Part shown: piece after piece, positions 39,842 through 49,400 of the stretch
Numbering within the stretch: position 1 is the first letter of the stretch
Layout: every line of letters starts with the position of its first letter
Assembly: GCA_037143195.1 (NCBI GenBank)
Contig: JBAWZD010000001.1
Span: 272,892-336,891, forward strand
Reading direction: 5' to 3'
DNA from: a bacterium
GTDB lineage: Bacteria; Patescibacteriota; Minisyncoccia; Phycocordibacterales; UBA9973
Length of the DNA: 64,000 nt
The notes under the pieces: model-generated
Told to the model about the DNA's origin: nothing
What the model saw: only the letters and a program-made list of their open reading frames with translations
The model's database searches: none
Program-made: the position numbers and the translations under genes

Positions 39842-39894
39842 GACGAAATAACAAACAACAAAAGAGCGGCTCCCGAAAGGGAGCCGCTCTTTTT
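39821..39894 (+). promoter_or_regulatory. Attenuator: mutually exclusive antiterminator and intrinsic terminator
   Basis: Terminator GAGCGGCTCCC-GAAA-GGGAGCCGCTC-TTTTT. Antiterminator GGGGGCC/GGCTCCC plus TTTGTTG/CAACAAA. Confidence 0.8.
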
Positions 39895-40009
39895 GCAAAA
39901 AACTCCCTGCCCCATGTTTTGAACTAGCGTTCTCGAGATTCAAAAAAGTCTCAAGAACGGTGGTCCAAACAAACCACCACATTTCCTTACTTTCAAAACT
40001 CAATATCGT

Positions 40010-40429
40010 ATGCAGCTACCACCTAAGTATCAACGTTTGCTCGTGATCTTAGATCGCCTGCACAACAAACAACCTGCCAAAGATTCGCTTTCAGCCTACA
40101 AAATGATTGCAGACACAATCATAGAAGTTGAAAATGAATTTTTTGGTCCAGAATCTTCGAATTTACATTTGAGCGATCCTCATCTTGGACGTATGACAGC
40201 ACCTACACTTGATAATATTTTCTCGGTTCCTGATTACAATGGAGTTTCCATTCTAATTAGTACAAACCAAGTCACTTTTATCAGTAAGTCCGGTGCGATC
40301 GAAATTCAAAAGAAAAATCGCGAAGATAAGTACGGAGAGATTATCTCGTTCTCACAGAGAACAGAACTTGTTCTGTTCAAAAAGAACGACTCTTCTGGAC
40401 ACGGAGTCTGGCACAAAAAAAACAAATAG
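40010..40429 (+). CDS. Hypothetical protein between the Val attenuator and valS
   Basis: 139 aa with EVE...GRM..P..D...FI...GAIEI...G.GVW pattern, hairpin AGAACCATAAT/ATTATGGTTCT after the stop. Confidence 0.7.
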   Translation: MQLPPKYQRLLVILDRLHNKQPAKDSLSAYKMIADTIIEVENEFFGPESSNLHLSDPHLGRMTAPTLDNIFSVPDYNGVSILISTNQVTFISKSGAIEIQKKNREDKYGEIISFSQRTELVLFKKNDSSGHGVWHKKNK

Positions 40430-40513
40430 AACCATAATACTCATTCATTATGGTTCTATTCATTCAAAATCCATTATCATTGAAAATAAAGCCTAAAATG
40501 CTATACTTTTTTT

Positions 40514-43240
40514 ATGCACAACGACAATAACATCCCCGAAAAACTCCTCAAACCTTACAGCGCCAAAGACACCGAATCTCGTATTTATGAAGCATGGCTC
40601 GACAGCGGATTCTTCAATCCCGATATCTGTGTTGAAAAGGGCGTCACCAAAGCCGACGCAGAGCCATTTTCAATGGTTTTGCCCCCACCGAACGTCACCG
40701 GGACGCTCCATACAGGACACGCGCTCATGCTCGTCATCGAAGACATCATGACTCGCTACGCTCGCATGCAAGGCAAGCGCACCCTTTGGCTCCCTGGTAC
40801 CGACCACGCCGCAATTGCCACACAGTCCAAAGTTGAAAAAATTCTTGAAAAAGAAGAAGGCAAACGCAAACAAGATCTCGGTCGCGAAGAATTCCTCGCA
40901 CGCGTCAACAAATTCGCGCAAGAATCTCACGACACGATCGTTGGTCAAGCAAAACGCATGGGTGCATCACTCGACTGGAGTCGTGAAGCATTCACGCTCG
41001 ACGCAACACGCAATCTCGCCGTTCGCACCGCATTCTCCCGCATGTACAAAGACGGGCTCATTTATCGTGGCCACCGTATCGTAAACTGGGACCCAAAAGG
41101 TCAGACAGTTATTTCAGATGATGAACTTGTATACGAGGAGCGCAAATCAAAACTCTACACCTTCAAGTATTCAAAAGACTTCCCTATTTCAATTTCAACA
41201 ACCCGACCCGAAACAAAAGTTGGCGATACGGCGGTTGCAGTTGATCCTACCGACGAGCGATACAAGCAATATGTCGGCAAAGAATACGATGCAGTATTTT
41301 GTGGCGTACCTATTCATATCAAAATAGTTGCAGACGAAAGTGTTGAAAAAGATTTCGGTACAGGAGCGCTTGGTGTTACTCCAGCGCACAGCCAAATTGA
41401 CGCGGAAATTGCTACGCGGCACAATCTTCCGACCATTCAAGTCATCAATGAATATGCAAAAATGATGATTGGAGGAGAAAATCTTCTTGGGAAAAAAGTA
41501 ACTGAAGCTCGGGAAACAATAGTGCAGTGGATTCGCGATGAAGGTCTGATGGAAAAGGAAGAAGATGTGACGCAAAATGTGTCGACCGCAGAACGAACTG
41601 GGGCAATCATCGAACCACTTCCAAAATTGCAATGGTTCATTAACGTAAACAAGCCGATTGCAGATCGAGGCAATAAAACCCTCAAGGAATTGATGCTTGC
41701 TCCAATCCGTGAAAAACAAATCGAAATTCTTCCCGACCGTTTCGAAAACGTGTACTACAACTGGGTCAACAATCTTCGCGATTGGTGTATTTCTCGTCAA
41801 ATCTGGTACGGACACCGCATTCCTGTATGGTACGACAAAGACGGTGCAATCCATTTGCCGAAGGAACGCCGTGTATTGCTCGCACGTCACGGTGAAAGCG
41901 AGGCAAACTCGCTTCGCTTGTTCGCCGGTGGCAAAAGTCAATCTCCACTCACCGATACCGGTCGCGCTCAAGCAAAAGAACTTGGGCAAAAACTGAAATC
42001 AGAAAATGTAACCAAAATTATTTCGTCAAATCTTCCTCGCGCTCGCGAGACAGCGGAAATCATTGCGCGCGAAATTGGCCTCGACCCACAATCAATCGAA
42101 GAATGGGCTGACTACCGTGAATATGAAGTTGGAGACCTCGAAAATACCCCCTGGCCAGAAAAAGGAATTCCATTCCGCACTGCAATAGAATCACAAAAAG
42201 GAGAAAATCTCGCGCAGATTGAACAGCGCGTTATTTCCGTATTCAAAAAACTCGAATCAGTTGAGACTGAGGGCACACTGCTCATGGTCGGACACAACGG
42301 ATTCAACTGTTGTATGAAGGCACATATTGAAGGCGTACAAAAAGAACGTTTCGTAGAATTCGCCGAACTGTGCACAATGGAAAATGCATCGACTCATGAA
42401 TTCATGCTCATGCACAATCCGAGCGGTGAAGGTCTCACTCAAGACGAAGACACACTCGATACATGGTTCTCCTCTGGCCTATGGACATTTTCCACACTCG
42501 GCTGGCCACAAAAGACACACGATCTCAAGATGTTCCATCCGACGTCTGTACTTGAGACTGGCCACGATATTATTTTCTTCTGGGTTGCTCGTATGATTTT
42601 GATGAGTACATACCTCCTCGGAGAAATTCCGTTCAAAACAGTCTACTTCCACGGGCTTGTTCGTGACGAAAAAGGCCGTAAGATGTCGAAGTCGCTCGGC
42701 AATATCGTTGACCCGATTACGCTCATCGACAAATATGGCACTGATGCACTTCGCATGGCGATGATCGTCGGTGTAGGTCCTGGCTCTGACAGCAATCTTG
42801 GAGAAGAAAAAATCAAAGCATATTCAAAATTCGCAAACAAGCTTTGGAACATCGCCCGTTTCGTTATGGAAAATACTTCCAAGCTCGACACGACCACGAC
42901 ACACACACTCGACACCGAAGATCAAGCAACGATTGATGAAATCAATGCTCTCCTCAAGGAAATCACAAAAGAAATGAACGAGTACAAATTCTATCTCGTT
43001 GCCGAAAAACTCTATCACTACACATGGCATACATTTGCCGACGTTGTAATCGAACGAAGTAAAAATAAAATCGCAAACGGAACAGGTTCAGAGTCAGCAC
43101 AACAAATGCTCGTCACTGCACTTCCCCTTTTGCTCCGCGCGCTTCACCCATTCATGCCGTACATTACTGAAGAACTTTGGAATACAGTGTATAATGAAAA
43201 GAATCTTCTGCTTGTAGAAGAGTGGCCATGCAAAATCTAA
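40514..43240 (+). CDS. valS: Valine--tRNA ligase with inserted histidine-phosphatase domain
   Basis: PPPNVTGTLHTGH, DWCISRQIWYGHRIP, DTWFSS, KMSKS. RHGES domain inserted. Short C-terminus. Confidence 0.96.
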   Translation: MHNDNNIPEKLLKPYSAKDTESRIYEAWLDSGFFNPDICVEKGVTKADAEPFSMVLPPPNVTGTLHTGHALMLVIEDIMTRYARMQGKRTLWLPGTDHAAIATQSKVEKILEKEEGKRKQDLGREEFLARVNKFAQESHDTIVGQAKRMGASLDWSREAFTLDATRNLAVRTAFSRMYKDGLIYRGHRIVNWDPKGQTVISDDELVYEERKSKLYTFKYSKDFPISISTTRPETKVGDTAVAVDPTDERYKQYVGKEYDAVFCGVPIHIKIVADESVEKDFGTGALGVTPAHSQIDAEIATRHNLPTIQVINEYAKMMIGGENLLGKKVTEARETIVQWIRDEGLMEKEEDVTQNVSTAERTGAIIEPLPKLQWFINVNKPIADRGNKTLKELMLAPIREKQIEILPDRFENVYYNWVNNLRDWCISRQIWYGHRIPVWYDKDGAIHLPKERRVLLARHGESEANSLRLFAGGKSQSPLTDTGRAQAKELGQKLKSENVTKIISSNLPRARETAEIIAREIGLDPQSIEEWADYREYEVGDLENTPWPEKGIPFRTAIESQKGENLAQIEQRVISVFKKLESVETEGTLLMVGHNGFNCCMKAHIEGVQKERFVEFAELCTMENASTHEFMLMHNPSGEGLTQDEDTLDTWFSSGLWTFSTLGWPQKTHDLKMFHPTSVLETGHDIIFFWVARMILMSTYLLGEIPFKTVYFHGLVRDEKGRKMSKSLGNIVDPITLIDKYGTDALRMAMIVGVGPGSDSNLGEEKIKAYSKFANKLWNIARFVMENTSKLDTTTTHTLDTEDQATIDEINALLKEITKEMNEYKFYLVAEKLYHYTWHTFADVVIERSKNKIANGTGSESAQQMLVTALPLLLRALHPFMPYITEELWNTVYNEKNLLLVEEWPCKI

Positions 43241-43980
43241 CTTTCGCAAATAATCCAACTGTATTTATCATTGCGCTTATCGCAGGGGTCGTCCCGTCAA
43301 TACTCTGGCTGTTTTTTTGGCTACGCGAAGATGAGACAGGCAAGCATGAACCGACAGGTCTCGTTGCGCTCACGTTCATCGCCGGAATGGTCTCAGTCGT
43401 GCTCGTGCTCCCAATCGAAAAATTTATTTCGACACTCCCTTACAGTCACACAACCTTAATTGCACTTTGGGCTGCGAGTGAAGAATTTCTCAAGTACGCA
43501 GCATTCACAATCATTATGACTCGCAGTCCGTATCTCGATGAGCCAGTAGACTATCCACTCTACCTCATGACTGCAGCTCTCGGATTCGCCGCACTTGAAA
43601 ATGCAATGTATCTCATTCATCCAGTCGCAGTGAACGACGCGACGGTGTCATTTCTCACAGGAAACATGCGTTTCCTTGGATCGACGCTCTTGCACTCAGT
43701 TTCAAGTGGTATCGTTGGTCTCTCGATTGGTCTCGCGTTCTTCAAATCAAGTGGCTCCCGATTGTTCTACACTTTATTTGGCCTTGCCGCTGCAATCGCC
43801 TTGCACAGTGTCTTTAACTTTTTTATAATGCAGAAGAACGGCGAAAACTTTTTACAAGTTTTTGGCTTTCTCTGGGTTGTAACTATTATCATAATGCTCC
43901 TCTTCGAGAAATTGCGCCGTATGGGAAACTACGTTGAAACAGACCAGCAACCCACACCAGTGCAATACGCTCAATACTAA
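43228..43980 (+). CDS. PrsW-family intramembrane metalloprotease
   Basis: EEFLK, LGFAALEN, LLH, LHSVFN motifs. Confidence 0.9.
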   Translation: MQNLTFANNPTVFIIALIAGVVPSILWLFFWLREDETGKHEPTGLVALTFIAGMVSVVLVLPIEKFISTLPYSHTTLIALWAASEEFLKYAAFTIIMTRSPYLDEPVDYPLYLMTAALGFAALENAMYLIHPVAVNDATVSFLTGNMRFLGSTLLHSVSSGIVGLSIGLAFFKSSGSRLFYTLFGLAAAIALHSVFNFFIMQKNGENFLQVFGFLWVVTIIIMLLFEKLRRMGNYVETDQQPTPVQYAQY

Positions 43981-43985
43981 AATAT

Positions 43986-44471
43986 ATGGCAAAAAATGAA
44001 AAAAAGCGTTCATTCTTCGAGAGACTTTCTGGTGGTATCCGACTCGACGAAGAAGAAACCAAAAATGAAGAAAAGCGTCCCTCAATAAAAAGCGCTGGCA
44101 ACGAAGAATTGTGGAATACCTCAGATGAAGAAATCGAAGGCGACGGAGAGCTCGCGCTCGATGTCTATCAAACTGCCAACGATATTGTTGTGCAGACTTT
44201 TGTCGCAGGCGTACGTCCAGAAGATCTTGAAATCAACATAACGCGCGACATGCTCACCATCAAAGGCAAGCGTCATGAAAACCGCACCATTCAAAATGAT
44301 GATTTTTTCAGCAAAGAGCTCTATTGGGGTACTTTTTCACGAAGCGTCGCACTTCCTCAAGAGATTGAGCCCGAAGAATCAGAAGCAATGGAACGCCACG
44401 GCCTTCTCACTGTGCGAATGCCAAAGATCGACAAAAACAAGCGTTCAAATTTGAAAGTAAAGTCTCTCTAG
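43986..44471 (+). CDS. Hsp20/alpha-crystallin small heat shock protein
   Basis: LDVYQT, E.YWG.FSRSV.LP, GLLTVRMPK. Confidence 0.93.
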   Translation: MAKNEKKRSFFERLSGGIRLDEEETKNEEKRPSIKSAGNEELWNTSDEEIEGDGELALDVYQTANDIVVQTFVAGVRPEDLEINITRDMLTIKGKRHENRTIQNDDFFSKELYWGTFSRSVALPQEIEPEESEAMERHGLLTVRMPKIDKNKRSNLKVKSL

Positions 44472-44487
44472 TGCTCTTATTGTTTTT

Positions 44488-44841
44488 CTACACACTCATT
44501 TCATCGAGCGCTTTGTAATAATATTCTTGATTGCCGACGGCCTCTGAGACTTCCAAGATTCGCGCCCATAATTTGGTCGCGATGTCTGTGTGCCCGAGGT
44601 CACGATACGCATCGGCTGCCATGCCCAACCCCAAAAAAGCCTGACTCCCAGGAATCCCCGGAAGATGCGTTCCAACAAAAAGACGTTCAATGAGCTTTAG
44701 AATTCGAGCTTCTTCTTTTTCAGTGCGATTTGGTTTTTGAAGCAGCGCTACGATGCGCTCACCGTCGGTCTTGTCATCGCCATCAAAATCCTCGTCTTCG
44801 TCGTCGAGATAGCTGTCTTCGTATCGTTTTCGGTACCCCAT
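44488..44841 (-). CDS. Hypothetical protein (acidic N-terminus, TPR-like helices)
   Basis: 117 aa, TATAGT 7 nt before ATG. Confidence 0.6.
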   Translation of the reverse strand: MGYRKRYEDSYLDDEDEDFDGDDKTDGERIVALLQKPNRTEKEEARILKLIERLFVGTHLPGIPGSQAFLGLGMAADAYRDLGHTDIATKLWARILEVSEAVGNQEYYYKALDEMSV

Positions 44842-44882
44842 ACGGTACACTATATACCACAAAATGCGGAAATTCAAAAAAA

Positions 44883-46109
44883 TCACCCATGCTTCGGAAA
44901 TGAATTTCCACGCTCATGAATACTTTCTTTTTGTGACGATGCGCGCATCAATGCACCTCGCCCGAATTTTTTTCGTATCGTATCCGCGACTCTTTCGACA
45001 ACGAGTTGGTCGATAGCTGTATCTTGCGTACCAAACAAATCTCTCGGCACATCTTCTTCACGCTGAAGTGAGTGAAGAATAATGCCCGTTGATCGGATCT
45101 TCTGACCTTGCGCGAGCGTGCGCGAAAGATACGGTTCAAGCGCATTTAAAACGATGCCAGGATCGGTCGTAAACACAGACAATTTCGCATCAGCAAAGTA
45201 ATGCACAAACTCAGTTGTTTTTACGAAAAATGAAACTGAATTTGTGAGTAAACGAAGTTCACGAGCTCGAGCACATGCGTGCTCTGCATTGTCACTGAGC
45301 TCAGACCAAATAACGTGAGCATCATTCGACGGAGGACGAAATGTAGAAGTTGATTGGATTGATTGTTGATTGCGAGGGTCAGTATCCGAGGAGATAGTGT
45401 GAATTGATTGACCTGAAAGTTCTAATTGCAAAATACGAAGTGGCTCAGAAAAAAAGCGTTCAATATGATCACTCGAATACGTGATGAAATCGTACGCTGT
45501 TCGAATACCCATTTGAACAAGTCGTGGAGCAGTCCTACGACCTATACCCCACACGTCTTCAATATCAGTCTTTCGTAACGCCTCATGCTCATCAAGCTCT
45601 GTGAGCAAAAGAGCAACGCCATGTGGTTTGTTTAATTTTGAAGCAGTCTTGGCAAGCGCCTTGGTACGAGCAATACCAATAGAATACGTCACTCCGAATG
45701 TTCGCCATATTTCATTCTGGATAGCTATGGCCAACTTTTTTTCGCCACCAAAAAATCGAACATCCGACATTTTGACCTCGGCGAAACATTCATCGATACT
45801 GTATATCTCAACCGTATCGAGATATGAAAGAAGGATTGCATATACGCCATCAGAAATTCGTCGGTATACATCAAAGTGGTGCGGAAGTATAATGACCGAA
45901 GGAAATCGTCGTTTGATTTGGAACACCGGCATCCCTCGAGTGACACCAAGATTTTTGGCTTCAGGACTCATCGCCACCGCGATGCCTCGATCTTCACCGA
46001 CGACGACGGGCAAGCCACGATACTCTGGATTTTGAGAAAGCTCACAGGCCACAAAGAAACTGTCACCGTCAGCATGGAGGAATAATGAATCATGTGAACG
46101 CTCGTTCAT
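44883..46109 (-). CDS. dinB: Y-family DNA polymerase (DinB/UmuC-like)
   Basis: HADGDSFF, YSIDECF, LAKTAS...KP.G, DVWGIG. Confidence 0.9.
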   Translation of the reverse strand: MNERSHDSLFLHADGDSFFVACELSQNPEYRGLPVVVGEDRGIAVAMSPEAKNLGVTRGMPVFQIKRRFPSVIILPHHFDVYRRISDGVYAILLSYLDTVEIYSIDECFAEVKMSDVRFFGGEKKLAIAIQNEIWRTFGVTYSIGIARTKALAKTASKLNKPHGVALLLTELDEHEALRKTDIEDVWGIGRRTAPRLVQMGIRTAYDFITYSSDHIERFFSEPLRILQLELSGQSIHTISSDTDPRNQQSIQSTSTFRPPSNDAHVIWSELSDNAEHACARARELRLLTNSVSFFVKTTEFVHYFADAKLSVFTTDPGIVLNALEPYLSRTLAQGQKIRSTGIILHSLQREEDVPRDLFGTQDTAIDQLVVERVADTIRKKFGRGALMRASSQKESIHERGNSFPKHG

Positions 46110-46199
46110 CTCTCTACTGTATCACGGATACCGAGCACCACAAATACACAAAGGCCACTATTATAAAATAATAGTGGCCTTATTCATTTTCACGAAACC

Positions 46200-46328
46200 A
46201 AAAAAAGGGCTATCGCCAGTAATCCCACGTCAAACCTTAGACAAGGTTCTCAAACTTAAAACCATTTTTTTACGCTACAAATTGAATAACGCACGACGTT
46301 AATTACTAGGATAGCCGTTCACAACTTA
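46200..46328 (-). ncRNA. Putative structured small RNA
   Basis: TTGACT-17-TACTAT promoter (46363-46335), long closing stem GGCTATC..AGTAAT..ACGTC / GACGT..ATTACT..GATAGCC followed by a T-run, further hairpin at 46151-46181, no credible ORF. Confidence 0.5.
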
Positions 46329-46410
46329 AAAAGAATAGTACTGTTTGAACGATTGAGAGTCAACGCTTTTTGTACTGCATCACATAAAACCAGAGTTGAG
46401 AACAGCTACT

Positions 46411-49400
46411 CTATCGGTGAATAAAATACCAAACGCAAGCAAGTAGCAACAACCCCACGATGATCATCCATTTTTTCACCACAAATCCGGAGTGCTGCGC
46501 GTCTGCTCGCAAGACATCGTTTCTTTCTGTCTCGACAAAGTTCACACCTTCTTTGATTGTGCCTGTGTGTTTTGCATTCGCGATCTTCTTCGAGCTTGAA
46601 TCAATCATATGAGTGCTTTGTGTGACGAGAATCGATGTATCAGTTAGCGTATGTATTGGTGTCACAGATTGAGTAATGGCTTGTGTGGGAGCAGGAACAT
46701 CTGGCGGAGAGATCAATTGAGCGGATCCAGAATTCCTATTCGTAGTATTGTTCGAAGGGGCAATCGACGTATCTTCATGTTTTTCTTCTTTCTTCTCTGG
46801 CACGGTAACCGTTTTCACATCTTCTGTGTTACCAACCGAATCAATCGCGAAGTATTGAACAGTGGCACCACTCGCATCAAACGATGACTGATATTGATTC
46901 CATGTCACTCCCCCGTCAATAGAATATTCAATTTCAAGTACGCCCGAATCTGCATCGCTTGCACTGAGCGTGAGGATTCCGGTATCTGAAAAAGAAGCGG
47001 AACTTATAGGCGCCACACTGTCGTCGACCGCCGAGCCCGACACGGTACTTGAAGGAGCATAGACTGCGCCATCTATGCCCTCGCCTGCATCAACGACGAG
47101 CGTAGGTGTGTTCAAAGCATCATCAATCTGGATACGTGACACAACACCGGTAAGAGCAATCGGTATGTCATGGAAATAGTATTCTTTGGTTACAACATCA
47201 TAGCAGTCGATTTTCTTAACACGGAAATCATACCCGCCGACATCAGTCGCCGTGTTCGTCACACGATAGCTAGTACCACTTGGCAAAAACGCGAATGCGT
47301 CCTCACCGATCTCGTCGTACGTGACACCATCAATACCGTACTCAATAGTACCGTCGGACACTGGACCAGTATGATTTCCGTTTGTATCATATATATCCAT
47401 CCGTACGGGACTGTGTTTGCTCACGATTGTACCCGACACACCACATGTTGTTTTGTCCGTACTCACATTATCTGACGAAGGATTCTGCTCTCCAGAAATC
47501 ACTGCTTGAATACTCTCGGGAACACCACTTGCCGATGGAAGCGTTGAGTGTGAAGCTCCTCGGACAAACAGCTGTTGTACGCCATCAAGCAAAGACGAAG
47601 CAAGTGGCACAGTGTCGTCTCCATTCACATAGCCAAGGTCATAGTCATCGACGAATGTGCGTCCAGTACTTGTCCACGAGAATTTTTTGCGAAGCGTGAC
47701 GCTGCCAATCGTTTTGGTTCGCCCACATCCGCTATAATTATATGTTTTTGATTCCGGCAGATGGAGCGAATCAATCGCCGTATGCAAATCTTCAGCTTGA
47801 GGAAATAATGATGTGTTACGCCCAGAACGAATCAATAATTGTTTTGTGTTTTCATAATCTAGATATGCTTGATGCATTGTAGAGACAGTAGTAGTCATCA
47901 GGTCACGAACATATCGCAACCCACGACCAACACCATCTATGTATGTTTTTGTTGGAAGGAGGTCATAAACTGAAGGCAGATTTTGTGACAAGGCAAAGAT
48001 TCTCTTCGGATTCAAAAGATTGAAACCGAGCACACTCGCGCCCAAATTGTCGCCGAACTCAAGCATCGTAAATGCCTTCGGAGCACCAAGATGAGGTGTA
48101 CCCAAAAATATCAGTTTGTGTATATGTGCATCGCCTTCGTTTGCAATATATTGTTTCGCAACCAAACCTCCCATGCTATGCGCGATGAGCGTGACGTCAG
48201 AATATCCCGTTGTGGCGAGGACAGAAGTAATCGTCTGCTGTAATCGTTGAGCACTTTGCCCCACAGACATTCTCCAATCATACGGAAAGACAAAAAGGTC
48301 TTTGCCTTCTACATATCCACGCGACGTAAATGAAGTAATAAGAGAATTAAAAATATGAACCTGAGGATATTCACGAATAATATCTCCGAGATCTACATGA
48401 CTATCCTGTTCCTTGCCACTCGCATCGAGCCTGAGATAATCAAGAAACGAATCCGATGTCGAACGTATCATTTCGGCTATATTCGGCCACACCTCTGTGT
48501 GCGTATCGCTGCGAAGCAACTGAGTACCTGCAATGCCAGGGATAATGATGACGGGTGTATGTGCATCGATCGATTGTATTTTGGTTTCAAATGGATTTGA
48601 TTTTAGCCAAGACTTCACAACAATAGAATCAGATATCGCTTCACCGTCGCCATCTGGGTTTGATGTGGTATTCTTTGGACCATTTGCACTATTCCACCAA
48701 TTCTCACCTATCACAATCGGCACTGGATCAGGCCGATCGACGGCAATCGTATTCCCCACGAAACTATCGCCCGAAATCGCAACCTGAACTGGCGCATTTC
48801 GAATTTCAATCCCGTGCTCATTTTGTGTAATGACAGAATCATGCACGATAAGTCGATTGTTATCCCACGGTTCGGTCGGGTGTTTCTCTACAAAAATACC
48901 GGCTTTCTTCGCGTGTTGCACGGTACATTTTTCGAACGTAACACTACTATCGACTGTCACGGTCACCCCGATGGCATCTGCTTCAATCAAGCTATTCGTA
49001 AGTGTTACCGTCACGTTATCGCGTGTCTGGAGCGCGTTGCCATTCGGACTCATATTTCGAATTACTCCATCATCAAAATGAAGGATCGACCGTCCCTGTA
49101 TATAACTTGGTGCGAGCGCAAGGGACGCTAATTCTGCATCAATCGTCGTATGCGAAACCGTCGCAATCGAACTATCAGCCAAACTCAAACTGCTGAGTGC
49201 CCCGTACGAAATATCTACTGTGGATTTTGTAAGCACTTGAACTCTCAACACATCGGCGTATGAAAGAGTGATTGAAGCATTTGTTCCGTTGATAATGAGA
49301 TTTTTAAATGTAACGCGCTGGTCACTTGTACCCTGCACGAGCAAATTACCGCTTGTGATTGTGAATCCGAGATCGAGTGGTCGTTTACCAAGGCCGTTTT

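Noticed and set aside
39720-40513. T-box riboswitch for valS
   Set aside because: No T-box consensus (AAUUAGGGUGGUACCGCG-like) or stem I. The leader-peptide attenuator explains the structure better.
41195-41989. Long antisense or alternate-frame ORFs (this 264-aa one and many others in the track)
   Set aside because: Shadow frames of well-supported genes, with no recognisable motifs or expression signals.
46151-46181. Palindrome upstream of dinB as an SOS/LexA operator
   Set aside because: The 14-bp arms with a short loop and downstream T's fit a terminator for upstream transcription. There is no recognisable LexA box and no lexA in the window.
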